From Deferrisomatales bacterium (GTDB taxonomy: Bacteria > Desulfobacterota > Deferrisomatia > Deferrisomatales > JACRMM01): DNA of 53,160 bases. The notes beneath the pieces were generated by a model. That model was not told where the DNA came from. It saw nothing but the letters and a program-made list of their open reading frames with translations, and searched no databases. The position numbers and the translations under genes are program-made. The stretch covers positions 1-53,160 of the forward strand of contig JAWSUI010000025.1 of the NCBI GenBank assembly GCA_033551855.1. Reading direction: 5' to 3'. The number at the start of each line of letters is the position of its first letter. Position 1 is the stretch's first letter. This document shows positions 29,298-38,698 of this stretch, piece by piece.

Positions 29298-30503
29298 CTA
29301 CTCGCCGTGCCGGAGCACGTCGTAGACGATTTCGAGGGTGAGGCGCTCCTCCTCCCGGAGCACCTCCAGGGGCCCGGTCTCGCCGGGCCGGCGGAGCCCC
29401 ACCCGGTAGGTGACGTCGAAGAGCTCCTTCACGGGCTCCCCGTCGATGGCCGCGATCACGTCCCCCGCCCGGACGCCGGCTCTCTCGGCTGGGCTGCCCG
29501 GCAGCACCCCCCGGACCCGCACGCGTGCATCCTCGTCGGTCTCCAGCTGTACCCCGAGCAGGACACGATCCCCCTCCAGGTCCTCGTACCCCGTGGCCCA
29601 GTACACGTCCACCGCGCGGAGGGGGATCGGGGGCAGATCGACGTTCATGAACCGCTCGCGCTTCGCCTCGGGGACCTCCACGGCAAAGGAGTCGACGATG
29701 GCGTAGGGCAGGGGCACTCGCCGGAAGAGGCGTCGGGGGATCCCGAAGCCGTGGCGCACGTGGTTGCTGCCGGCGAGGATGACGAGGCGCTTCCCGCGGC
29801 CCTCTCCGGTCAGGTACTCGGCCGCCGTCTGCGCCATCGTCTCGTCCCAGAGCACCTGCACCCGCAGGAAACCATCCCGGGCGGCGTCCCCGGCCTCGTG
29901 CCCGCGGAACATCGCTTCGAGGAAGGCCTGGTAGTGGGGGTCGTCGAAGGAGAGCTCGGGCAGGCGCTCCCGCAGCGCGGGGTCAAGGTCCTCCGGCGGG
30001 GCCCCGGCCAGGGCCCGGCGCAGATCCCGTTCGGCGTTGAGGGCCCGCACCGGGATCCCCCGGTCCCGCGCGTAGGCGAGGATGTCCCGGTAGTAGGGGA
30101 AGGACGAGGGGGCCCAGTTCTCCTGCCAGAGTCGCAGGAACTCCTTCTCCTCCATCTCCCCCCGGAGCCACCGGTCCACTTCGGGCTGGGAGGTCCGCTG
30201 GAGCATCTCGAGCCCCAGGGCGACCTCCCCGGGGAGGCGGGTCGAGAGGTCCTGCAGGATGGCGAGCTGGACCGCGTGGGAATCGACGCTGTCGTGGGTC
30301 TCCCCCACGTAGATCACCGGGAAGGCTCTCAGGTACTCCGCCAGCTCGTCACGGGTGAGGAGGCGGCCGGTCGCGGCGTGGAGGATCTGCCCCTTCTCCA
30401 GGGTGGCGGGATCCCGATAGGGGGAGTCCACGCGAAGGTCGGTCAACGGGGCGGCACACCCGGCCAGGAGCAAACCGGCGAGGGCGAGCGGGGCAAGGCG
30501 CAT
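29298..30503 (-). CDS. ChaN-family lipoprotein with C-terminal PDZ domain
   Basis: Lipobox LLAG-C; VIYVGETHD, LGLEM, QVLWDETMA, LAGSNH; PDZ GSPAERAGVRAGDVI. Confidence 0.82.
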   Translation of the reverse strand: MRLAPLALAGLLLAGCAAPLTDLRVDSPYRDPATLEKGQILHAATGRLLTRDELAEYLRAFPVIYVGETHDSVDSHAVQLAILQDLSTRLPGEVALGLEMLQRTSQPEVDRWLRGEMEEKEFLRLWQENWAPSSFPYYRDILAYARDRGIPVRALNAERDLRRALAGAPPEDLDPALRERLPELSFDDPHYQAFLEAMFRGHEAGDAARDGFLRVQVLWDETMAQTAAEYLTGEGRGKRLVILAGSNHVRHGFGIPRRLFRRVPLPYAIVDSFAVEVPEAKRERFMNVDLPPIPLRAVDVYWATGYEDLEGDRVLLGVQLETDEDARVRVRGVLPGSPAERAGVRAGDVIAAIDGEPVKELFDVTYRVGLRRPGETGPLEVLREEERLTLEIVYDVLRHGE

Positions 30504-30516
30504 GGCTGTCCTCTGT

Positions 30517-31275
30517 TCACGGGGAGGCGCGGCGGCCCCGGGCAAGTACCCACAGGCCGACGGAGAAGAGGAGAATTCCGAGGGCCTGGCTCGTGGACAG
30601 CGGCCCCAGGGTGCCCCGCGGGTCGCCCCGCACGAGCTCCACGAGGAAGCGGGCGGTCGGCTCCAGCACGAGGTACAGTCCCAGGAGTTGGCCCTCGAAG
30701 CGTTGCCGGGGGCGGGCGACCCAGTAGAGCACCGCGAAAATAGCGAAGTTGGCCCCGGTACTGTAGAGCTGTGTCGGGTGGAGGGCCACCCCCAGGGGTG
30801 CGAGGCCCCTCGGGTCGGTGAAGGTCACGGCCCAGGGAAGGGCGCAGGGCGCGCCGTAGCAGCAGCCGGCAAAGAAGCACCCCAGCCGGCCGAAGGTCTG
30901 CCCGAGGGCGACGGCCGGCGCTACCACGTCTGCAGTGGTCCAAAGGGGCAAGCGTTTGCGCCGAACATACCACAGGGCTGCGAGAACCGCGCCCCCGAAC
31001 CCCCCGTAGAAGACGAGGCCTCCCTTCCAGAGGGCCAGGATCTCCAAGGGGTGGCGGAGGAAGTGCTCCCACTCCAGGAGCACGTACAGGAGCCGCGACC
31101 CGACGATGGCGCCCACGATCACGAGAACGCCCAAGTCCTGGAGCTGCCGGGGGTCGAGCCCTCGGCGACGGGCCTCCCTGCCGACCAGCCACAGGGCTGC
31201 CAGAAACCCTGCGGCGAGGAGCAGGCCGTAGGTGAAGAGCGTGAGCCTTCCGTGCTGGAACAGGATGGGGTACAT
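30517..31275 (-). CDS. lgt: Prolipoprotein diacylglyceryl transferase
   Basis: GGLVFYGG, GRLGCFFAGCCYG, LHPTQLY. Confidence 0.95.
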   Translation of the reverse strand: MYPILFQHGRLTLFTYGLLLAAGFLAALWLVGREARRRGLDPRQLQDLGVLVIVGAIVGSRLLYVLLEWEHFLRHPLEILALWKGGLVFYGGFGGAVLAALWYVRRKRLPLWTTADVVAPAVALGQTFGRLGCFFAGCCYGAPCALPWAVTFTDPRGLAPLGVALHPTQLYSTGANFAIFAVLYWVARPRQRFEGQLLGLYLVLEPTARFLVELVRGDPRGTLGPLSTSQALGILLFSVGLWVLARGRRASP

Positions 31276-31299
31276 GGTTTCTCGGGGCGGCGGAGCCCC

Positions 31300-31791
31300 T
31301 CAGCCTTTCCCGGTGCGCCGCTTGCCGAGAAGTTCTTCGAGGATCAACAGGCTGACTCCCACGGTGATGGCGGCGTCGGCCACGTTGAAGGCGGGCCAGT
31401 GGTAGGTTCGCCAGAACACGTCGAGGAAGTCCACGACCTCGCCCCAGCGCACCCGGTCGATCAGGTTCCCCACGGCCCCGCCGAAGACGAGGGCCAGGGC
31501 GCCGAGGGTCCAGGGCCGGCCCGGTGGGAGGCGCCGGGCTACCACGGCGATGGCCAGCAGGGCTGCGGCCGTGACCGCCAGGAAGAAAGGCACCCGGAAG
31601 GCTGCGGCCTGGCCCGCGAACAGCCCGAATGCGGCCCCGGGGTTGCGGAGGTAGGTGAGGTGGAAGACACCTGGGATCACGGGGACGCTCTCGTAGAGGG
31701 CGAGGGCCGACACCACCCACGCCTTGGTGGCCTGATCCAGGAGCAGCACGGCCCCTGCCGTGCCGACGAAGGCCCCCAGGCGCCCCCTCAC
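31300..31791 (-). CDS. lspA: Lipoprotein signal peptidase II
   Basis: DQATK, NPGAAF, GNLIDR, VVDF, FNVAD; GTGA overlap with ileS. Confidence 0.96.
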   Translation of the reverse strand: MRGRLGAFVGTAGAVLLLDQATKAWVVSALALYESVPVIPGVFHLTYLRNPGAAFGLFAGQAAAFRVPFFLAVTAAALLAIAVVARRLPPGRPWTLGALALVFGGAVGNLIDRVRWGEVVDFLDVFWRTYHWPAFNVADAAITVGVSLLILEELLGKRRTGKG

Positions 31792-34586
31792 CCTCCGGCT
31801 CCGGCCTCCGCGAGATGGCGGCAGCACCGGCTGCACGCCTGCGGGTGCTCGGCGTCGGCCCCGACGGTGGTCGAGTAGTTCCAGCAGCGCTGGCATTTGG
31901 CACCCTGGGCCCGGGCGACGTCCACGCCCACCCCGGGAAGCTCCGGATCCGCAAACCGCCCTCCGGGCCCCTCCACGAGGTCCACCTGGCTGACGATGAA
32001 GAGGAACGGGAGCTCCCCGGCGTAGGGTGCCAGGAAATCCTCCCATCGATGGTCCACGTGGAGGACGGCTTTGGCGTCCAGGGAGTGGCCGATCTCCTTC
32101 GCGGCCCGGGACTCCTCCGCGGCCTTGGTCACCAGCCCCCGGAGAGCCCGGAGCCGCTCCCAGCGGCCGGCGAGCTCGTCGTCGACCGCCTCCGGGTCCA
32201 CCTCTGGCAGGAGCTGGGTGTGCACGCTCCCGGTGACGCCGGGGATGTGGCGCCACACCTCCTCGGCGGTGAAGGCCAGGACCGGCGCCATGAGGCGGGT
32301 CATCTTGTGGAGGATCTCGTAGAGGACCGTCTGGGCGGCCCGGCGGCCGGGGCTCCCGGCCGGATACGTGTAGAGCCGGTCCTTCAGGATGTCCAGGTAG
32401 AAGGCAGAGAGGTCCACCGCGCAGAAGTTGTGGAGCCGGTGGAAGAGCACGTGGAACTCGTACTCCTCGTAGGCTCGACGGCACCTCTCGACAAGCCGGT
32501 TCAAACGGTCCAGGGCGTATCTGCCGATCTCCCAGAGCTCCTCTCGCGGGACCGTGGCCGCCGCCGGGTCGAAGTCGGAGAGGTTGCCCAAGAGGAAGCG
32601 GCACGTGTTGCGGATGCGCCGGTACGCCTCCACGAGGCGCCGGAGGATCTCGTCCGATATGCGGATGTCGTCGCGGTAGTCCTCGGCGGCCACCCACAGG
32701 CGGAGGATCTCGGCGCCGTATTTCCGGATCACCTGGTCCGGGCTGATGACGTTGCCCAGGCTCTTGGACATCTTCTTGCCCTGGCCGTCCACCACGAAGC
32801 CGTGGGTGAGAACCGCCCGGTAGGGCGCCGCCCCCCGGGTGCCCACCGCGGCGAGCAGGCTGGAGTGAAACCAGCCGCGGTGCTGGTCGGACCCCTCCAG
32901 GTAGAGGTCGGCGGGGCTGGCAAGGTCGGGTCGGCGCTCGCAGACCGCCGCGAAGGAGACCCCGGAGTCGAACCACACGTCCAGGATGTCCTCCTCCTTC
33001 TCGAGGCTCGCGCTCCCGCAGCCCGGGCACGCGGCCCCGGCGGGGAGGAAGTCCGAGAGGGGCCGCTCGAACCAGCTGTCGGCTCCCTCCTGTTCAAAAA
33101 ACTCGGCGGCGGCCTCGGCCAGGTCGCGCCCCATGTAGACGTCGCCGCACTCGGAGCAGTGGGCGGCGGCGATGGGGACGCCCCAAGCCCGCTGGCGGGA
33201 GATGCACCAGTCGGGGCGGTCACGGATCATGTTGTGGATCCGGTCCCTGCCCCAGGAGGGGATCCACTGGACCCGCTCGATCTCGGCCAGGGTCTTCTTC
33301 CGGAGCCCGGTCTGGTCCATGGACACGAACCACTGGCGGGTGGATCGGAAGATCACCGGCTTCTTGCAGCGCCAGCAGTGGGGGTAGGAATGGGTGCAGG
33401 TCTCCTCATGGAGGAGGGCGCCCGCCTCGCCCAGAGCCCGGTTCACCTCCGGGTTGGCTGCGAAGACCTCCTGGCCCGCGAAGCGGCCGACCTCGGACGT
33501 GAAGCGGCCCGCGTCGTCCACCGGCGCATAGGCGTCGAGGCCGTAGAGCCGGCCCACCTCGAAGTCCTCCTGGCCGTGGCCGGGTGCGGTGTGCACCACG
33601 CCGGTGCCGGCTTCCAAGGTGACGTGCTCGCTGAGCACGATCAGGCTGGGGCGGTCATACAAGGGGTGACGGGTCTGGCGGCGCTCCAGGACCCGGGGGT
33701 CCAAGCCCGCCAACTCCTTCCAGGTGGCTATGCCGGCGGCCTCCAGGACCACCGGGGCCAGCCGCCGGGCCAGGACCAACACCTCTCCGGAACCCGTCGG
33801 CGCCTCGTAGGCCGCGTACTCGAACCCGGGGTTCAGGGCGACGGCCAAGTTGGCGGGGATCGTCCAGGGGGTCGTGGTCCAGATGACCAGGCTGACCCTC
33901 TTGCCGGCGAGCTCCGGGGCCAGGGATCCGGGATCCCCCAGGAGCGGGAACTTCACGTAGATGCTGGGGCTGTGCTTCTCCGCGTACTCCACCTCTGCCT
34001 CGGCCAGGGCGGTGCGGCACGACGTGCACCAATACACGGGCTTCTTCCCCAGGTAGACCGAGCCGGTCTCCATGAGCCGCCCGAGCTCCCGGACGATCTG
34101 CGCCTCGTAGCCGTAGCTCATGGTCAGGTAGGGGTTCTCCCAATCCCCGAAGACCCCCAACCGCCGGAACTCCTCGCGCTGCACCCCCACGAACTTCTCG
34201 GCATAGGCCCGGCACCGGCGTCGCAGCTCGGCCTTGGAAAGGAGGTCCTTCTGGTGGCCGAGCTCCTTGTCCACCTGATGCTCGATGGGCAGGCCGTGGC
34301 AGTCCCACCCCGGAACGTAGGGGGACCGGTATCCCAACATGGTCCGGGACTTGACCACCAGGTCCTTGAGGATCTTGTTGAGGGCCGTCCCCATGTGTAT
34401 GTGGCCGTTGGCGTAGGGGGGGCCGTCGTGGAGCACGAAGGTCGGCCGTCCCCGGCGGTTCTCCTGGATGGCGGCGTAGATCCGCTCCTGCTCCCAGCGT
34501 CGGAGCTCCTCGGGCTCCCGCTTGGCGAGGTCGGCCTTCATGGGGAAGGAGGTCTGGGGGAGGTTCAGGGTGTCCTTGTAGTTCAT
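31788..34586 (-). CDS. ileS: Isoleucine--tRNA ligase (type 1)
   Basis: DGPPYANG..HMGT, GWDCHGLPIE, WCISRQR, KMSKS, C-terminal Zn finger CQRC...CSRC. Confidence 0.99.
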   Translation of the reverse strand: MNYKDTLNLPQTSFPMKADLAKREPEELRRWEQERIYAAIQENRRGRPTFVLHDGPPYANGHIHMGTALNKILKDLVVKSRTMLGYRSPYVPGWDCHGLPIEHQVDKELGHQKDLLSKAELRRRCRAYAEKFVGVQREEFRRLGVFGDWENPYLTMSYGYEAQIVRELGRLMETGSVYLGKKPVYWCTSCRTALAEAEVEYAEKHSPSIYVKFPLLGDPGSLAPELAGKRVSLVIWTTTPWTIPANLAVALNPGFEYAAYEAPTGSGEVLVLARRLAPVVLEAAGIATWKELAGLDPRVLERRQTRHPLYDRPSLIVLSEHVTLEAGTGVVHTAPGHGQEDFEVGRLYGLDAYAPVDDAGRFTSEVGRFAGQEVFAANPEVNRALGEAGALLHEETCTHSYPHCWRCKKPVIFRSTRQWFVSMDQTGLRKKTLAEIERVQWIPSWGRDRIHNMIRDRPDWCISRQRAWGVPIAAAHCSECGDVYMGRDLAEAAAEFFEQEGADSWFERPLSDFLPAGAACPGCGSASLEKEEDILDVWFDSGVSFAAVCERRPDLASPADLYLEGSDQHRGWFHSSLLAAVGTRGAAPYRAVLTHGFVVDGQGKKMSKSLGNVISPDQVIRKYGAEILRLWVAAEDYRDDIRISDEILRRLVEAYRRIRNTCRFLLGNLSDFDPAAATVPREELWEIGRYALDRLNRLVERCRRAYEEYEFHVLFHRLHNFCAVDLSAFYLDILKDRLYTYPAGSPGRRAAQTVLYEILHKMTRLMAPVLAFTAEEVWRHIPGVTGSVHTQLLPEVDPEAVDDELAGRWERLRALRGLVTKAAEESRAAKEIGHSLDAKAVLHVDHRWEDFLAPYAGELPFLFIVSQVDLVEGPGGRFADPELPGVGVDVARAQGAKCQRCWNYSTTVGADAEHPQACSRCCRHLAEAGAGG

Positions 34587-34822
34587 GGAATCCTTCCCGA
34601 GCGTCGTTTCCGAAGGCGGTGTACGGTCCCACCGCAAAACGAGTAACTTAGCAGAAATAGGGCGCCGACCGTCAAGCTCCGATTCGCTCCTGGGATACCC
34701 CGTCTCGGAGGAGGGCGGGATCCGGGAGATTTTGCGGTTCCCCTCGGAATCCGCGGCGGGTCGAAACGGTGCTTTCCAGGGGATCGGGTGTGCCGCGCTT
34801 CACCGATCCCAATCGGTTTCTG

Positions 34823-35031
34823 GGTTCTTCCGCTAAACGACCGGGTGGGCCCGCCTCCTCCGGAGGACGATGCCGGACTGCACGGCAGGTGCGCTCCCGC
34901 GCCGCATCCGGAATCCTCGCGGCATCGCGGCTCCCGAAACGGCTGCTCCCGTCGAGCGGCCGTCCGCCTGCGTGGCCGGGGCCACCCGGTCGTCCCTGGA
35001 CACGAGTACCCGGTCATTTCCCGTATGAACC
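34823..35031. mobile_element. MITE copy 1 (209 bp), ISL3-like ends
   Basis: 24-bp imperfect TIRs (19/24) starting GGTTC; perfect 8-bp flanking direct repeat GGTTTCTG (34815-34822 and 35032-35039); second copy at 47068. Confidence 0.85.
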
Positions 35032-35177
35032 GGTTTCTGTGCCTCGGTCGATGCGGGTGGCGGCTGCACCAGGCTTCCCCGATCCAGGCCACCATCTGGC
35101 GGTGGATTGGGGGTGTTCCCGGGACCTGCCGGGATTGCCAACAGCCGGTGCGGGGGCCGCCGGGCGAGGGGGACGGG

Positions 35178-35849
35178 TCACTCGTCGGGCAGGCCTTCGG
35201 CGGCCGCCGCCCGCAGGCGACGGATGGAGCCGCTGTAGTTGCCCCTGCCGAAGACGTAGGACCCGGCGACGAACGCGTCGGCCCCTGCCCGGGCACAGGG
35301 CTCCAGGGTCTGGTCGGTGATGCCCCCGTCCACCTCCAGGATGGTGGCCAGCCCCCGTTGGCGGATTGCCTCCCGCAGGGCCTTGATCTTGTCGAGGGTG
35401 AGCGGGAGGAACTCCTGGCCCCCGAACCCCGGGTTGACGCTCATCACGAGCACCAGGTCCGCCGTGTCCAGCACGTGTTCCACGGCACTGACGGGGGTCG
35501 CCGGGTTCAGGGAAACCCCCGCCCGGATCCCGAGGGACCGGATCTGCTGGAGGTTGCGGTGCAGGTGGGGGCAGGCTTCGGCGTGGACGGTCAAAATGTC
35601 CGCCCCCGCCTCGACGAAGGCCTCTGCGTACCGTTCCGGCTCCGCAATCATCAGGTGCACGTCCAAGGTCTTCTTGGTGGCGGCTCGCACCGCCCGCACC
35701 ACCAGCGGGCCGATGGTGAGGTTGGGCACGAACCGGCCGTCCATGACGTCCACGTGGATCCAGTCGGCGCCGGCTGCGTCGACGGCCTCCACCTCCTCGG
35801 CGAGGCGCCCGAAGTCGGCGGAAAGGATACTCGGGGCGATGATGGGCAT
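35178..35849 (-). CDS. rpe: Ribulose-phosphate 3-epimerase
   Basis: [36 protein letters not shown]. Confidence 0.98.
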   Translation of the reverse strand: MPIIAPSILSADFGRLAEEVEAVDAAGADWIHVDVMDGRFVPNLTIGPLVVRAVRAATKKTLDVHLMIAEPERYAEAFVEAGADILTVHAEACPHLHRNLQQIRSLGIRAGVSLNPATPVSAVEHVLDTADLVLVMSVNPGFGGQEFLPLTLDKIKALREAIRQRGLATILEVDGGITDQTLEPCARAGADAFVAGSYVFGRGNYSGSIRRLRAAAAEGLPDE

Positions 35850-35903
35850 GGGGTCTCCTGCGTCGGCGTCAGACAGCAGCCTGTGGGACGGGAACCGACG
35901 CCC

Positions 35904-36839
35904 TCACGGTTCCTCGTCCACGTCTTTTCCGTCAATTCTCAGAAGCACCCGCTCCCCCGGCCGCAGGAGGACGGAACGGCGGAAGGTGGCCCCGGCATCG
36001 ACCCACTCCTCGGCGGCCACCCAGGTCCGGTCGGCGCCCTCCACCAGGACCTCCAGCCGGTATCTGCCGAACCCGGGGGGCATGGTGCGAGAGATCCAGA
36101 CGGTTCTCTGAGGCAGCCCGGCCGGGGTCGTTCCCGTCACGGAAAGGGTGACGGGGGAGCCCCTGGGCACGGGAAACCCGCCCAGGGGCTCCTGGGTCAG
36201 CACCCGACCCGGAGGATGGGTCCCCTCCCGCGCCACCTCTTGGATCCGCTCGAGGCGCAGGCCCAGCCGGTCGAGCGCCGAGAGGGCATCCTCCAGGGTT
36301 CCACCTTCCAGGCGGGGCATCCGCAGGAGGACGGGAGCGGGGCCCGAGCTCAGGATCAGCGGCACGCCGGCCTCCCGGGGGAGCAAACGGCCGGGATCCT
36401 CCCCCTGGGCCACCACCTGCCCCGGGAGGCCGCGGGGCAGGCGCAGGGCCACCTCCGGCTTGACCCCGGCCTCTTCCAGGAGGATCCGGGCGTCTTCCAG
36501 GGGGAGCCCCCGAACATCGGGTACCGGGTGGCGCTCCGGCCCGCGGCTCAGGACGACCCCGACCCCCCGGCCCGCCTTGACGACCCGTCCCGCCTCGGGC
36601 CGCTGGCGCACGATCTGGTCTTCCGGCACGTCGTCGGAGTAGACGAACCCGCGCACCTGCAAGTCCAGGCCCGCGGGGGCCAGCACGTCCAGGGCTCCCG
36701 AGAGGGTGAGCCCCGCAACCGGAGGGACCGAGACCTCCGGCGCCTTCTCCACGACCAGGGAGACCGCCAGGTAGCCCCCCAGGAGGGCGACCCCGGCGGC
36801 CAGGACCGCATAGAGGAGACCGAGACCGAGCCGCTTCAT
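35904..36839 (-). CDS. Membrane-anchored PASTA-domain protein (three repeats)
   Basis: N-terminal TM; VPPVAGLT, VPDVRGLP, MPRLEGGT repeats with VxxQxPxxG; ATG overlaps the rsmB stop. Confidence 0.85.
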   Translation of the reverse strand: MKRLGLGLLYAVLAAGVALLGGYLAVSLVVEKAPEVSVPPVAGLTLSGALDVLAPAGLDLQVRGFVYSDDVPEDQIVRQRPEAGRVVKAGRGVGVVLSRGPERHPVPDVRGLPLEDARILLEEAGVKPEVALRLPRGLPGQVVAQGEDPGRLLPREAGVPLILSSGPAPVLLRMPRLEGGTLEDALSALDRLGLRLERIQEVAREGTHPPGRVLTQEPLGGFPVPRGSPVTLSVTGTTPAGLPQRTVWISRTMPPGFGRYRLEVLVEGADRTWVAAEEWVDAGATFRRSVLLRPGERVLLRIDGKDVDEEP

Positions 36840-38200
36840 GGCCGGTCGCTCCGTCGCAGGCGCGCCGCGAAGAACCCGTCCAGGGCCTCTGCCCCTTCCC
36901 CCGCCTGGAGCTCGGGGTAGGTGCGCAGGTGCCCCTCCGGTGAGAGCAGCCTCTCCCAGGGAACCTGCCCTTCGGGGGGGCGCTCCGGCCGAAAGTCCCT
37001 CCGGCGGGTCAGAAAGGCGTTCACGACCTCCTCGTTCTCGGCCCGCAGCGTGGTGCAGGTGGCGTAGACGAGCACACCGCCCGGCCGGACGGCGTCCGAC
37101 AGGTTTTCGAGCAGGGACAGCTGGAGCGGAGGCAGCTCCGGGAGGCTCTCGGGGGTCCGCCGCCACTTGGCCTCGGGGTTTCGCGACAGCACCCCGAGCC
37201 CGGAGCAGGGGGCATCGACGAGCACGGCGTCATAGGGCTCTTCGGCCCGGTAGGTCCGCGCGTCGGCCACCACGACGGTCACTCCCGCAGACTGCAGTCT
37301 TCGCGAAAGGTCTTCGATCTGTCGTGCTCGATGGGCATGCACGTCCAGGGCCGTGACCCGCGCCCCTGGCTGCGCCAGGGAGGCCAGTTGGGTGGTCTTG
37401 AGGCCGGGGGCCGCGCAGGCGTCGAGGATCCGCCACCCGGGCCCCGGCGCCACGAGGTGTGCCACGAGTTGGCTCGCCTGATCCTGAACCACGGCGAGCC
37501 CCTCGGCGACGGCCGGGAGGGCCCGAGGATCCCCCGAAGGGGGAAGCCACACGGCCTCCGGGGCGAATGCACCGGGCTGTGTGGGCAGCCCGGCGTCCTG
37601 GAGTCGAGACAGGATCGCCTCCCGGGAGCAGCGAGCGGGGTCTACCCGGAGCCAGAGGGCCGGGACGCGGGAAGCGCCGCGGCAGAGGACCTCGGCGCCG
37701 TCCAGGCCCAGTTCTTCGGCCCACCGTCCCACCAGCCAGGGGGGGCACCCGAGCTCCAGCGCGAGCCGGCCCACGGGGTCCGACGGGAAGTCCAGGCTCG
37801 TCTCCCGGGTTGCCACCTTGCGCAACACGGCGTTGACGAAGCCGGCGGCGTGGCCCTGCCCGGCGGACCGGGCGAGCTCTACCGATTCGCTCACCGCGGC
37901 TCGGTCGGGGATCCGGTCCAGGAACAGGACCTGGTAGGCTCCGAGCCGCAGAATCTGCAGAAGCCGCGGGTGCATCCTGGCGGGGGCGCGCGCCGACGCC
38001 AGGGCCACGTGGGCGTCGAGGCGATTGCGCCATCGCAGGACACCGTAGACCAGGTGGCTGACCAGGGCCCGGTCCCGCTGGGTGATCCCAGGATGGCGGC
38101 GAAAGAGCCCGTCGAGCACCGCGTCGGCGAACGCATCCCTCCGCTCGAGGGCCTCGAGCGCCTGCAGAGCCAGGCTTCTGGGGTCGGACGGGCGCTTCAC
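36836..38200 (-). CDS. rsmB: 16S rRNA m5C967 methyltransferase
   Basis: NusB-like N-terminus, VQDQASQ, LDACAAPG.KT, DAPCSGLG, VYATCT. Confidence 0.95.
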   Translation of the reverse strand: MKRPSDPRSLALQALEALERRDAFADAVLDGLFRRHPGITQRDRALVSHLVYGVLRWRNRLDAHVALASARAPARMHPRLLQILRLGAYQVLFLDRIPDRAAVSESVELARSAGQGHAAGFVNAVLRKVATRETSLDFPSDPVGRLALELGCPPWLVGRWAEELGLDGAEVLCRGASRVPALWLRVDPARCSREAILSRLQDAGLPTQPGAFAPEAVWLPPSGDPRALPAVAEGLAVVQDQASQLVAHLVAPGPGWRILDACAAPGLKTTQLASLAQPGARVTALDVHAHRARQIEDLSRRLQSAGVTVVVADARTYRAEEPYDAVLVDAPCSGLGVLSRNPEAKWRRTPESLPELPPLQLSLLENLSDAVRPGGVLVYATCTTLRAENEEVVNAFLTRRRDFRPERPPEGQVPWERLLSPEGHLRTYPELQAGEGAEALDGFFAARLRRSDRP

Positions 38201-38224
38201 GCAGGTGCCTCCGCGGGAGCGCGC

Positions 38225-38253
38225 ATGATACCGTCGGCGAGGGGCCAAGTCAA
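38225..38253 (-). promoter_or_regulatory. sigma70 promoter for rsmB-PASTA-rpe
   Basis: TTGACT-N17-TATCAT on the minus strand. Confidence 0.7.
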
Positions 38254-38698
38254 AAAGGCGAATGCTGTCACTTGTGGGCGAAAAACGAGACGTGATTTTC
38301 TTTCTGTGAATACGAGCTCAGTCCTACAAGAGGAGAGACGGGTCACTCTTCCCACAATGTGACAAAACTCTTTCATTCCAGGTGGAGATTTTGTTGGGCT
38401 GCCGAGACCCCTGCAGTTTTGTGGATCGTCACTTGCGTCTTGCAAGGTCTCCATTTGCCTGTTGCCTGACCGGTCGGCGATCCATCTGCTCTCTCCGTAT
38501 TCGGTCTGTCGGCGAAGGTCTTGCAGTGGTACAGTCCGATTCGGGGCTGGGTGCCGAGGGAACCCGGCCGCCGGCCGTACTTGCTCGACCCTGACTCCCA
38601 CTCCCGGAGGGAATCGTGGCGTCTCCGAAAGCGCGCGCGACCGCGGACCTGACCGCATCCCTCGTGTGGCCCCTTTACGGAGCAGGGCCGCGGTCGCC

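Noticed and set aside
26427..30743. 1438-aa plus-strand ORF (also 7359..10136, 31815..34646, 39948..42566, 40012..43149, 47134..49593)
   Set aside because: Antisense or alternate-frame shadows of well-supported genes, expected at this GC content and codon bias
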